Shown here in pieces: positions 48,800 to 59,600 of a stretch of DNA of 64,000 bases. A program made the translations under genes and the position numbers. The first letter of the stretch is position 1, and each line of letters begins with the position of its first letter. The notes under the pieces are model-generated. The model was not told the DNA's origin and ran no database searches. It saw only the letters and a program-made list of their open reading frames with translations. The stretch spans positions 62,000,001 through 62,064,000 of the forward strand of contig CM060731.1 in NCBI GenBank assembly GCA_030704615.1, written 5' to 3'. The DNA is from Takakia lepidozioides. Its lineage: Eukaryota; Plantae; Bryophyta.

Positions 48800-51147
48800 T
48801 GGAGATGATGGGCACCAATTATAATGTTTGTTTTGGGCCATTAGTTTTGAGTTAGTAACTAGCTCTGACCCAGCCCTTCTTGTTCTACCATCTTTGGGAG
48901 TGGTCTTTCAACTCATACTGGGCTCCTTGAAATCTCTTTCTAAGCATGCCCTCCACATGTAACATAACTAGGGGTAGCGCACAAGTAGAGCACATTGACA
49001 GGCTCCTCTTGACCACTCCTCTTGTGATAGTAACTTTGGAAGCCAAAACCCTCCTGACGTGTTGCCAGAGAGAAGGGGAGATGAGGAGGGTATACAACTG
49101 AACATCGATGTGCTTTGCAACAGTCCTGTACATGTGATGCCATTGTTGGAGATAGTGCGAGCGGAGAAGACGTCAGCTCAAACCATATTGGATCTACTGA
49201 CGCTGGGGAAGGTTATCAAGAAGGTTCCAGTTGTTGTAAGAAGCTGTGTGGGATTTGCAGTGAACCGTGTTTTTACCCCTTACTCTCAAGGAGCATTTTT
49301 TTTAGTGAACCTTGGCATCCATCCCTATCGCATTGATGCGATTGTCAAGGACTTCGGCATGCCCATGGGTCCCTTGAGGCATATTCTTCCAACTTATCTA
49401 GATGCCTTTGACCTTTCAGGACATCACAGAACACAAAATCAGTGATTCTACACAATTCTGCGCGTGCAAGTGCATATCATACTAGACATATATGATGTCC
49501 AATCAATTGCCAATTTGGGTGCCATGTCATACATGTGGAATCTTAACTGTTCCATTTTTTCTTTCTGCTTTCAGGTTATTAGATTTGACAGGTGTTCAAC
49601 TTACTACATTAACATGGGGAATTTATAAAGGTGCCTACGGTGATCGAGTGTACCTCTCCCCCCTCGCCCCCCTACTGGTTAAAGACAATCGCCTCGGTGA
49701 GTTGTGGTCTCTGCTGTGACAGTGGTCGCTTTGGGCACACGTTACAACATGGCATGAATGTTGTCAATTGACCTGTTTTAGTGCACAGCAAGGCTCCATT
49801 TTTCTGGGAAGTTGGCGAAGGTTTGAACTTACACTTCTACTGTAACTTGCAGTCACCTTCTCTTTGCAAGTTGTGTGTAGAAAGTGACCAAGAGAAGAGG
49901 CAGGAAAACTAACGAAACTTCAACAGGTTATCTTGCTTCACCTTTTCTGCAAAAGGCAACTTATTAATTGGGAGCCTGTACAGGTGAGAAAACGGGGAAG
50001 GGTTTCTACAATTACAAAGGTTCCCGTAAAGAGCTGCCTGCGCCTGAGCTGGATCGCTACTTGGCTCAGTCACGCAAGCTTGCAGACCTCATTCCTGATG
50101 GCAAGGTGAACTATCTAGCCTAGCCTAGATGCATAAAGGTTTTGTATTCTTTCAACTAGTCAAGCAATGTGGCCACATTGGTTGTAGTTTCTGAGTGTAC
50201 TCCTTCCACTTGCTAAGGCAATACCTGGCTAAATTCGGCACCCTGGAGGAGTGGGCTTCTCGAGGAAAGAATAGTGATGAAAACTGGTTGTAGTGTAAGT
50301 GGGCACCTGTTAAGAGAACACAGCAGCCATAATCAAGGAGGCAGTTGTTTCATATTGTCTCAATCTGGCCACTGAGGATAGGAGTATGTAACTCAATTGC
50401 TGTCCAAAGTTCGCCGGTTCGCAAGATGGTACTAATTTGCAAGGCCACAGGGAATGCAGTCTACAAAGTAGCTTTATGGATACTGAAGATAAAGACAAAA
50501 ATTGAGTTTGGGGTCACCTAACTTATCTCGAAGTAGCTTCTCTGTAGACAGTTGAACCTTTCTGCAAATGATCTTCAAGTATGCTGTTCCTATTAGATTT
50601 TGATGGGTTCTTTGATGTTAGAAATTTGCTGACTTGTAGTTGTATTTCTGACTTCTGACTTTACAGTTCGGAGATGATTACAGAAACTGGCAACAAGTAT
50701 TTTCAGTATCAATTCTTTGGACCTATCTTGCCATTTCCAAGGTAGGGTATTATATATGCTAAATCTGGTGGTTTTACAGGCAGTGACATTGACCGATCAA
50801 GAGATTTTGGAGATGGTGTTTTTTCCAGTGGTCAATGAGGCATGCCGTGCACTTCAGGAAGATGTTGTTGCTCGCTCTGCTGACCTGGACATTGCATCAG
50901 TCCTGGGCATGGGCTTTCCAGCATACAGGTACACAAAATAATCCAGTGGCTGGGATGGTCAGCTACCAAGTGGTTCTTGGTTAGATTGTTTTAGTTTCTT
51001 CAGTATCTGTGAAATCAGTTGAGCAAGGTCAATAAGCTGGTGGAGTGGTATTTTCTCTGACCTTGAGGGTACACACTGGAGAGGGTACATCTTTTGTCTG
51101 GAACAGGTATGTCAGTGTTTTCACACGAGCACAAGGACATGTGTGAA

Positions 51148-51402
51148 TAGAAATGAAATAAAATGAAATGGTACTTTATAACGTCCGTGGAAAGCTCAAA
51201 GAGCTTATGGGACAAAATGGGAAAAAACATGAGAGGAAACAAAACCAGAGCCAAAAATAAAACTATTGCTCGAGGGATTGTCTAAGCTGCCAAGCATTTC
51301 TGATCCTCATAGTGGAAGACTTCAGTGAGAGATTGGGTTCCGCGGAGTAGACACTGGAATCTCCCACGGATCTCGTAGTATAGAGGGCAATTGAAGAAGA
51401 AG
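51148..51402 (-). mobile_element. 5'-truncated LINE 3' end with (CATTT)-type tail (same family as 31575-31965)
   Basis: Aligns to 31575-31850. It lies in an MFP intron directly adjacent to another copy. Confidence 0.8.
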
Positions 51403-51406
51403 AGAA

Positions 51407-52554
51407 GAGAAATGAAATGAAATGAAAATGGTGCTTTATAACGTCGGCGGAAAGCTCATAGAGCTTATGGGACAAAATGGAAGAAAACATGAGAGAGGAA
51501 ACAAAACCAGAACCCAAGAATAAGAACTAATGTTCTCACGCTTGTCTAAGGATGAAGGCCTCGTGCAGGTAGGCTGCCAAGCATTTTTTATCCTCAAAGT
51601 GGAAGACTTCAGTGAGAGATTGGGTTCCACTGAATAAACAGTGGAATCTCCCACGGATCTCGTAGTATAGAGGGCAGTAGAAGAAGAAGTGTTCTTCGGT
51701 TTCAATTTCCTGGCTGCGCCCTATGCAAGCTAGACATGGGCGGTCCTCCCGATGCAGGTTTTCCCATCTGCCAGTCTCTATCCGTAGGTGGTGGGAACCC
51801 AATTGAGAGAAAGAGGTAGACTACCTATTCACAAAACTCTCTAGAAGGCTCTTGCCAATGTGGCTCACGTCTTCGTTGTTGCCTCCCTCCGGTCCCATGT
51901 GTGCTGCTGCATCATATGAGAGAGAAAACACTCGCACTTTTCTATCCAGATCTTCGGGAAGCCACTTTGCAGGCCAGCAAACAGTCTGGTCACCGCGTTG
52001 GACCCAAGTGTCTTTCCAAGCTTCCACTCCCAAGGTGCCGAATTGCAGGCCATGAAAGAACACAACATCCAGACTTGTCTCGTAAGCCTCACCGTCGGGC
52101 GGCCATAACTGATGAATCTGTGGTGTGCATTCCATGAAAGGTGAAGACAAAATTTACCCAACTTCAACTATTCAACCCACAACAAGACCTCAGCACGGAC
52201 GTCACGTATCTATACGTCAACGGGATCCATGCACTGCTATCGCATTCGCTTTTTAGCACCTCCAGATATAAGGACATCATGTCTCCCTGGACAGAAGGTG
52301 GAAACCTCCTTTGGCACAGGGGGTGCTGAAAGTCCGTGTGGTGAGACGGGTCCTGGCATTGTAGAGAGGGGGCTTGCAGTCCTTTTTTTGGCAACTAACA
52401 AGCAGAACAGCTGCAATGGTGTCGGCAAATTTGTCTCTAAGAAACTCTCCAAGATCATACTTTTCAGTGCCGTACTCACGTCCTTCTCGAACAGCATTTG
52501 CGAGATGGGGCGGTGAGTTCAATATCAACAGTAACGTGCAAGTTGGCAAGGCTC
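51407..52554 (-). pseudogene. Near-identical duplicate of HNL segment 31575-32713 (upstream region + first hydrolase exon + intronic LINE 3' end), antisense within an MFP intron
   Basis: The 109-aa ORF 51821-52150 differs from 31980-32309 at one residue (V/G). Similarity stops at the LINE tail on one side and at ..caaggctc (52554 / 32713) on the other. Confidence 0.93.
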
Positions 52555-52559
52555 ACAGA

Positions 52560-52620
52560 GAGGAATGAAATGGCACTTTATAACGTCCGAGGAAAGCTCA
52601 AAGAGCTTATGGGACAAGAG
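52560..52620 (-). mobile_element. Third, very short LINE 3' end of the (CATTT)-tail family
   Basis: gaatgaaatggcactttataacgtccgaggaaagctcaaagagcttatgggacaa. Confidence 0.7.
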
Positions 52621-54599
52621 AAATCAAGAAAGAGAGAGAAAGAGAACAAAGGTAGTTGTGTCAGCTCTCTAATCTCTTTGATCGGGGGTCTTCCCCCGGC
52701 CATCTTAGTTCTGCCCTCATGGCCCTCTGGGGCCGTTCTAAAGTTTCTACTTTCTTCTCTCTCGTGCTTTGAGGGCTTATCACCTCTGTACTGTGGCTTC
52801 TTCCTCTTCGCCCTCTTATTGGGTTTGCTTTCCTGGGAAGGTGGTTGCTCTGTCAGCCTCCCCTCGTCTAGGTTACCTTGAGGTTTTGGTTCATAGAGTT
52901 TTAGCGGGGGTGGTTGTTCTGTTTCTCACCCCTTTGAAGCAAGGTGGTGATGTCTCTAGGCTAGATGTGCAATTGTGAACTGACCATCCTCAAATTCTGG
53001 GACCGGCACACTGTATTGAAGATCAGTCAGCCATCTGCTGATGTGTCTTTCCCTAAGGAAAGGTAGTTTCTCACAGAATGTCATGAAGTGGATTTGAGGT
53101 AGGAGTTCAGTGTGTTGCTGACATTGATACATGACATTATATTAGGAGCGTGAGGCTCTGAAAGGTTGAGAATGGTGTCTCAACTTGTGGAATTGTTCTT
53201 TTGCAGGGGTGGGGTAGTATTTTGGGGTGATTTTATTGGACCAGAGCGGATCTTCGCAAAACTCTCAGAGTGGTCAAGTCAGTACGGAGAGTTCTTCAAG
53301 CCTTCTTTTGCCCTGAAGTGTGCCGTTCATGGAAAATACCCTCTGGTAACGTCTTTTCCTTAGGTGGGGAGCTATTTGCAGTTCACCCAAAGAGAGAGTG
53401 GAGAGCAGTACCAATAAAGACCTGAGTGGATCAACCAAGTTCCTGCAACTATCCTGCCTCTCCATGTTCATTTTGGTGAGTAGCTGAGAGTAGCTGAGGT
53501 CCCAAAGAGCTGTTGCAGTAACCTCCTCAGATTGTCAGTCAACCTGGACAGGCAGTATCCTGCCAGTGCTTCATATTGGCACATATGGGAACATTCTCCC
53601 TCATCCAGTACTGGATCTCCCCATTTGGAAGTTCTGTTTGTCACTGAGTTGAACTGTTATTCATGGGGGGAGGTGGTGTCTGTGGGGGAGGTTGTCTCAG
53701 GCCCAAATCGTAGAGCAAAGGCCTGGAGCCGCTCGGTTGTGAAGAAGTACATGGCTGCAATCTGGCTGGAAAGGGTCAAAATGAGTGCAAAATTGGATTA
53801 CTGGACTCAACTCTTGTATAGAATTGTTTTCTCACGAAGACAACAACCATGGAGGTACAATTTTAAGCCAGGCTCACATCAACTTCACAGCTCGTGCGAT
53901 AGTTCCTCTTAAAGAGGCTAGCAATCTTGGTTTGATCAGCAACAAAGGATGTGGTGGTCAAGCAGGCCCCCCCGGGCGTTTTTCTGAAACAGTAATTGCA
54001 GACCTAATGGCAACTCTTAGAACACTAGCCCTCTAGACCAAATACTCGTATTTCCATAGGTCTGAAATGAGTTAGGAAGGGGGAGTAGGTGGTGTGAACC
54101 TGAAGAGGATATGGTTTGGAATATGAAAAGCTTACTGTGGTAAGGTGGATAAGCTTAGTAGCCATGTCCATTTCTGTGATGGGTAAATAAAACATGTGAT
54201 TGACTTGAATGTGAAGTTCATTGTCAATATGTGATACAACACATAACAACTGCAGGGTACCCTGCGTACAAATGCAGTTGATGTTGCTGAATTTGCTTTT
54301 AACTTCATCCTCTAGTTCAAATCAGCGTTCTTTTTTTTGGCGACTCCATAAAATAGAAAAGAATATTCCGTAGCATATTCCATTTTTCATGGATGAAATC
54401 GCCAAATTTCTCCAAAAATAATAATAATTATGGATGAATTTTCCAAATATGGATGATCTGAATGGATGAAAGTACGGATTTGGATGATTATGTCCTACTT
54501 TGCATGGATGAACAGAATATATGCCTAATTTTTGCAAAACTCTGCAGCCACACGTTGGAGCTTGATTCTACAGTCCTCTCTACCTTGCATGACATATGG

Positions 54600-55240
54600 T
54601 GCATTGCATGTCACACCGTAATGGGCAGAACAACAGGGAATAGATGCTATCTTAGAAAGGGGCTTACTCCAGTAGTGGGACTTTCCTGGCTGTCCAGATT
54701 TCCTCTAGAAAGCCCTTCACACAAGCATCAATCTGCTGTGTGTGAGCTGCCCAACAATTAGATCCCAACAGGGCCAGGGCTTTAGGGTCAGTCTTGAAGA
54801 GGGTCGCTCTCTCACAAGAGACCCCAGACATTGTAGATGTTGCCTTCAGGCCGCACATGGGACATTGACAATCTCCCTTTCCTCTCTGCATCTGTTTATT
54901 ATTCAGAGGTACACCCCCTGCCCAGTTTAAAATTCAGTCGAGTGCCAAGGTAGGTAGGACCTTCATCCTTGAGGTCCTTAACCGTGTCACTCACATCTAG
55001 AAACAAGTTCGGGGAAGTCTTATGCCCAAATCGTATTGTTTGGACATTCTTTCTGCGTCCAACATGGCCTTAGGCACTTCAGCCTCAAACTCGGCTTCAT
55101 CTAGCAGGGTCAGTTCTTCCTGCTTAGTATTCAAATACTTGAAAATCTGTTCCGCCAAGACTTGGCCTGTTTAACAGGATGGTCTTGCGTCCCAAAAAAT
55201 CTTAGGGTATCTGGTCTTAGGCATGTGATTCAGCTGACTC
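54600..55240 (-). mobile_element. Decayed LINE C-terminal fragment
   Basis: PKTRYPKIFW..YLGTRLNFKL..DCQCPMCG..VKGFLEEIWTARK resembles LINE ORF2 C-termini, with many stops. Confidence 0.45.
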
Positions 55241-56614
55241 GGCAGAGAGAGGAGATAAAGATAAAGATAAAGATAAAGTTTCTTTAACGTCCAGTGAATG
55301 GAGAGAGAGAGAGAGCGACATTACGGCAGTTCAATGAAGCTTTTTTTAGCCTTCTGCTGATATCCATTTATTTCTAGACCTAAAAGTCAATTGGAGGTTA
55401 ACTTACCTGCCAGAGAAAGTTCTCAACTTCAGGTTGTGAGAAGAGAATGGACAGTTTGGAGCGGTCAGCGGAAAAGCCGTGCACCATTGAGTGAGAAATT
55501 ATGTCACACATCCTAGTTGAGGCTTCATACAGCCTCCGCATGCTGCCCTGAGAGAATCTGGGGTGTGGCAAATGCACGACATCTGATGACTCAACACCGC
55601 ACTGTCGACACCACACACAAGTGTGGCTTAGTAATTTTCCACTGGCTCAGGTTCTAACAGATCAAATCTCTGGAAAAAGATATTCATCTACAATTAGAAC
55701 CTTCCTTTTACCCTATGAACAACAAGGATTTTAGCATGGTACATCAGCATTTGCCGACGAGGTTTGGGGTCTGAGGACCAAGACTGCCACTACGAGCTCT
55801 GACGTTCATATCCAATCAATCAGTTACTGTAGCTGTCTCTGGGTGCACGTGTCAGATCCTTTAATGGAGGTGCTGACCCACAGTCCTCATGCGATGGAGC
55901 TCCACAGGGGCACTACGATTGGTTGCGGCTTCAGATAATAAAACCCCCTGCTGTATGACATGAACTTTCATGATTTTTGATCGTTGTGAAGAGTTAAGCT
56001 CTTCCACGTTTGCAGACAATGAGGGTGGTGGGCTGCATCCCTACAGGTTATTCTACCCTGCTTCCTTCCTTTTGGCTTCCATCTGAGCTCTAGAGGGCAG
56101 CAAACATTAGCTATCAAATCATTCCTCTTGCCTTGTCCTAATGCTTGCTTGACGCCAGCGCAGATCTCTCTCAATAAGGCCCGGGTTAAATTTAGGAAAT
56201 CTTTGATGCCATTGGGCATGTGAAGGTGTTTAACACATTGGACTTGCGATCTGGTTACCACCAATTGCTGATCAAAGAGAGGATCATTTGAATCGACTTA
56301 ACGAGGGTCCAATGTCGCAATCGTATATCCCAACAATAAAATAATTATGTATGTCTATACATATACATATGCATATGAATTCATGGATACGATATGTATA
56401 TGCATGTGAAACATGTAGGCATGACCATATAATGATTAAGTCCTGGAAATGAACAAGTAGGTTGTTGGGAACAAGTGGGTGTTAACAACTTAGTTGTTCC
56501 CGAACAAGTGGGTTAACAAAGATGAAAGCATATTTGGAAGATGCTTTTATTTGAATCATCTTTTTGTGATTCAGGTTGAGGGTGTAGACGCACCCTGAGT
56601 TTGTGATGCATTAC

Positions 56615-59600
56615 ACAGAGCTTCATTGCTATATAGGATAGAGTTGATGTCTCATCAGTTATGAAACAGTACTCTCTGGTGTTCTTCCTATTTTCATTGT
56701 TCTTCTTCAATGTGACCTTCCTTGATACCTTGTCGTGGTTTGAATTGTTCAAGCTCTCCTTTACCTTGCATGTGGCTATGTTGTATTATCACTCCAAAGT
56801 AAGTTCAGAGTTCACCCGGCTCACATTGATATACAATTTTCTGAGTATGATGAATTGTGATGGGTTCCACCATCGAAGTGTTAAGAATCTCGTCGTTGGT
56901 ATGATGTCCTTGGAAGTTTGCAACTGAGAGGAGGTGTAACCCTACAGCTGACTGTGTGCTTATGTTCTTTAAGCAACATGAAATTTCACGGATCGGATGT
57001 GCTATCACATTTCTGTCCTCGAATGTATCACTGCATTGCATATAGTCTAAACTCAAACAAAAAGTCATGATGCCGCAATAGTTGATTCTGCAGCCAGGAA
57101 TGCAATCATATATATAAATTTCTGACAGTGGATGTAATGCAAATGCTCTATGGACTTGGGGTACCACCAACATGTAATGAATAGGGTATGACGCACCTCA
57201 AACATTGAAAATGTGCTATTAGTACATGCATTCCTACATGGGCTCCAGGAAAGAGCAAAAGCATGTAAAACTACGTATGGCACTGTGACAGGGCCATTTG
57301 AACAGTCTTCCACATTACCTGCATGACAGGTTGTGGAATAAGAACAGGAAGGAACAGCCTACACTGGTTTTTTTGTCCACAGACAGTTGTAGGCACAGAG
57401 AACTTCAATTCTTGCATTGCTTGAGATGCAGGGATTATTCTCATCTTTCATGTCACTTCAAAGGACCAACAACTCTCAACCTTTGCCAGGTTAAACAGGT
57501 TCTAACCTCACTGGCCTTGCAGAAACAGAAATTATTGTAGGAAAGGGCATAGAGAATCCTAGAGTTACCTTCAAACCAGTTTCATATACTGGAGGAAGAT
57601 GTTGATGCTTGACCGGACAGGACAGTAGGCCATGCTCAATCAGGTGACTCCCATACTAATTTGTTGTCACGTTGATCACTTCTAAATTCGTGGAGGGCAT
57701 ATGCTGTCTCATTCACTTCACAGAACCAGTGTGCCCACCCAGATGGCTCCACAGCTTTAGTGCCCAGTCCCGCAGTCCTATCAATGTTCGCCATATTGCT
57801 CTCCTCCCCCCAATCAGAAATGAATGTAGCTGCACGGTGAACAAATTTACTTTCGAAATCCTCCCACACCTGTGGGAAAAGGATTATGAGGAAAAGCTCA
57901 CAAGAAGGAAGACTAGAGACATGAGAATAAGATGGGAAATGGATATATGTAGCAACCAAACATTTTGCATGCTTTCTTTTTACAAGATACTTTCAAATAC
58001 CTGGTACTTGTAGTGATGAACAACAACGTCACCCAGTGATGCCCCTACTTCTTGATATCCTTCTTTCAGATCAAAGTAGTGAACACGGCTACAAAGTGTC
58101 TGGGCCATCACCTCCACTCTCACTATTGATTTGACATGCTTTGGAGCTCTCATTCTGCAGACATAGTTTACCATCTGCCCACTACTGGGAAGACTGACAA
58201 ATCCCGAGGGCCCAAATGTGAAGCATGGCACCTTCAACTGCCCTAGTTGATCACCAGCGGCGGTGTCATAATGGTCAAGCATAAGTTGTATGGGAGTGCT
58301 TATCTTTGTAGAAGAGCCAGCATACTTGCCAACAGGAAGATTATAATGGGCTGCCCTGGGTTTTCAATTCCTTTACCTGCACAGATATTGCAGTTAGTCC
58401 ATAAATTTGATGCTTTGTGTTACTTTCAAGGGTATTCACCTGGAACACCTCATTTCAGTAAGGCAGTTTGATGTCCAGCAATTTACAGAGCAGACCACAC
58501 TATTCCCAGAACACAGAATGAATGATCTATGAAATGCCCCGCATCCTATGTTGGATGAGGTATTAATAACATTGTACTGCCGAAATTGGATATATACTGC
58601 TCTGAATGGACCTGGACAACATCAATTGACTTGAGGCTCCCTTGCAACAAATCTCATATTTACTACATTCAACAGGACAGAAAAAGTCTTTCTTGGACCT
58701 GACCAGCTGTTGCTGACAATTGGCAGGCTACCAGACCAATGGAAGTTCTCTTCTCTCAATAACACTTGCAGGACAAACTTGAACTTTGACAGCTCAAGGC
58801 GACATGTGCACCATAAGCCCACTTGAATTTGACCTATTGGAAGCACAATCAGTATACGACACACCATCTCTTGAGAAACAATTCATGGCACAAATTTCAT
58901 AGACATGTGTACCTTCAGTAAATCACCATCCACACCATCTCCTGGATTGAGCTGGTTCCTACCAATGAAATTCCTAGGGAAGGTGAATTTGTCAAGATCT
59001 AAGAAAGCCATCCAGTCACACACTGGGATTGCCATCAGCACGCAGTGAGAGAATCCTGCTTCCTGGGTCTTCAGCCACGGCCGTGCATGTCGGGTCACAT
59101 TGAATCTGGATTGCAAGCTTTTGATAACCAGTTGAAGGTCGTCATCACTGTTGTTATCGTAGATGAAAAATCTCTCCACACCCAGGTGGCCGTGGAAGAT
59201 CACCCACTCCTTCAAAAACTTAGCCCCGTTCCAGACCATGGTACAGGCACAAACCCTGCTCTTCTCTCTCTCCTGGAATTGGGTTTCATTGTTTGAGTCT
59301 ATCTGTCTCGAGGTTCCTCTAAGAGGGGTAGAACCCCTAACTTTTCTGTTGCTACTGGAAGCTTTAACTGAAACGTTTTTCCTGGGGTTTATGAATTGAT
59401 CCGGTCTAACGGAGGGGTAGTATCTTACAACAGAAGGAAACACTGCCATTTATAATTAAGCTTATCATCTTCCCAACATAGGAGCTCCTTCCTTCATTAG
59501 GGGGCAAAGAACACCGGAAATTTTCCTGGCAACCCACAGTCACTTTAGTGTGAACTCCATCTCCAAAAATGCATTCCATGTCCTTGGGGACCACCCCCTT

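Larger units (their letters stand above)
47919..53345 (+). pseudogene. Peroxisomal fatty-acid beta-oxidation multifunctional protein (AIM1/MFP2 family), 3-hydroxyacyl-CoA dehydrogenase half only; exons ~47919-48040, 48142-48306, 49124-49378, 49575-49696, 49984-50105, 50780-50928, 53207-53345
   Basis: GTLDYADFRDVDIVIE|AVIEDISLKQ..LASNTSTIDI..IIGAHFF|SPVHVMPLLEIVR..GFAVNR..FGMPMGPLR|LLDLTG..|GEKTGKGFY..|FFPVVNEACR..DLDIASVLGMGFPAYR|GGVVFWGD. No hydratase-domain exons are found upstream, and the acceptor before AVIE reads AA rather than AG. Confidence 0.88.
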
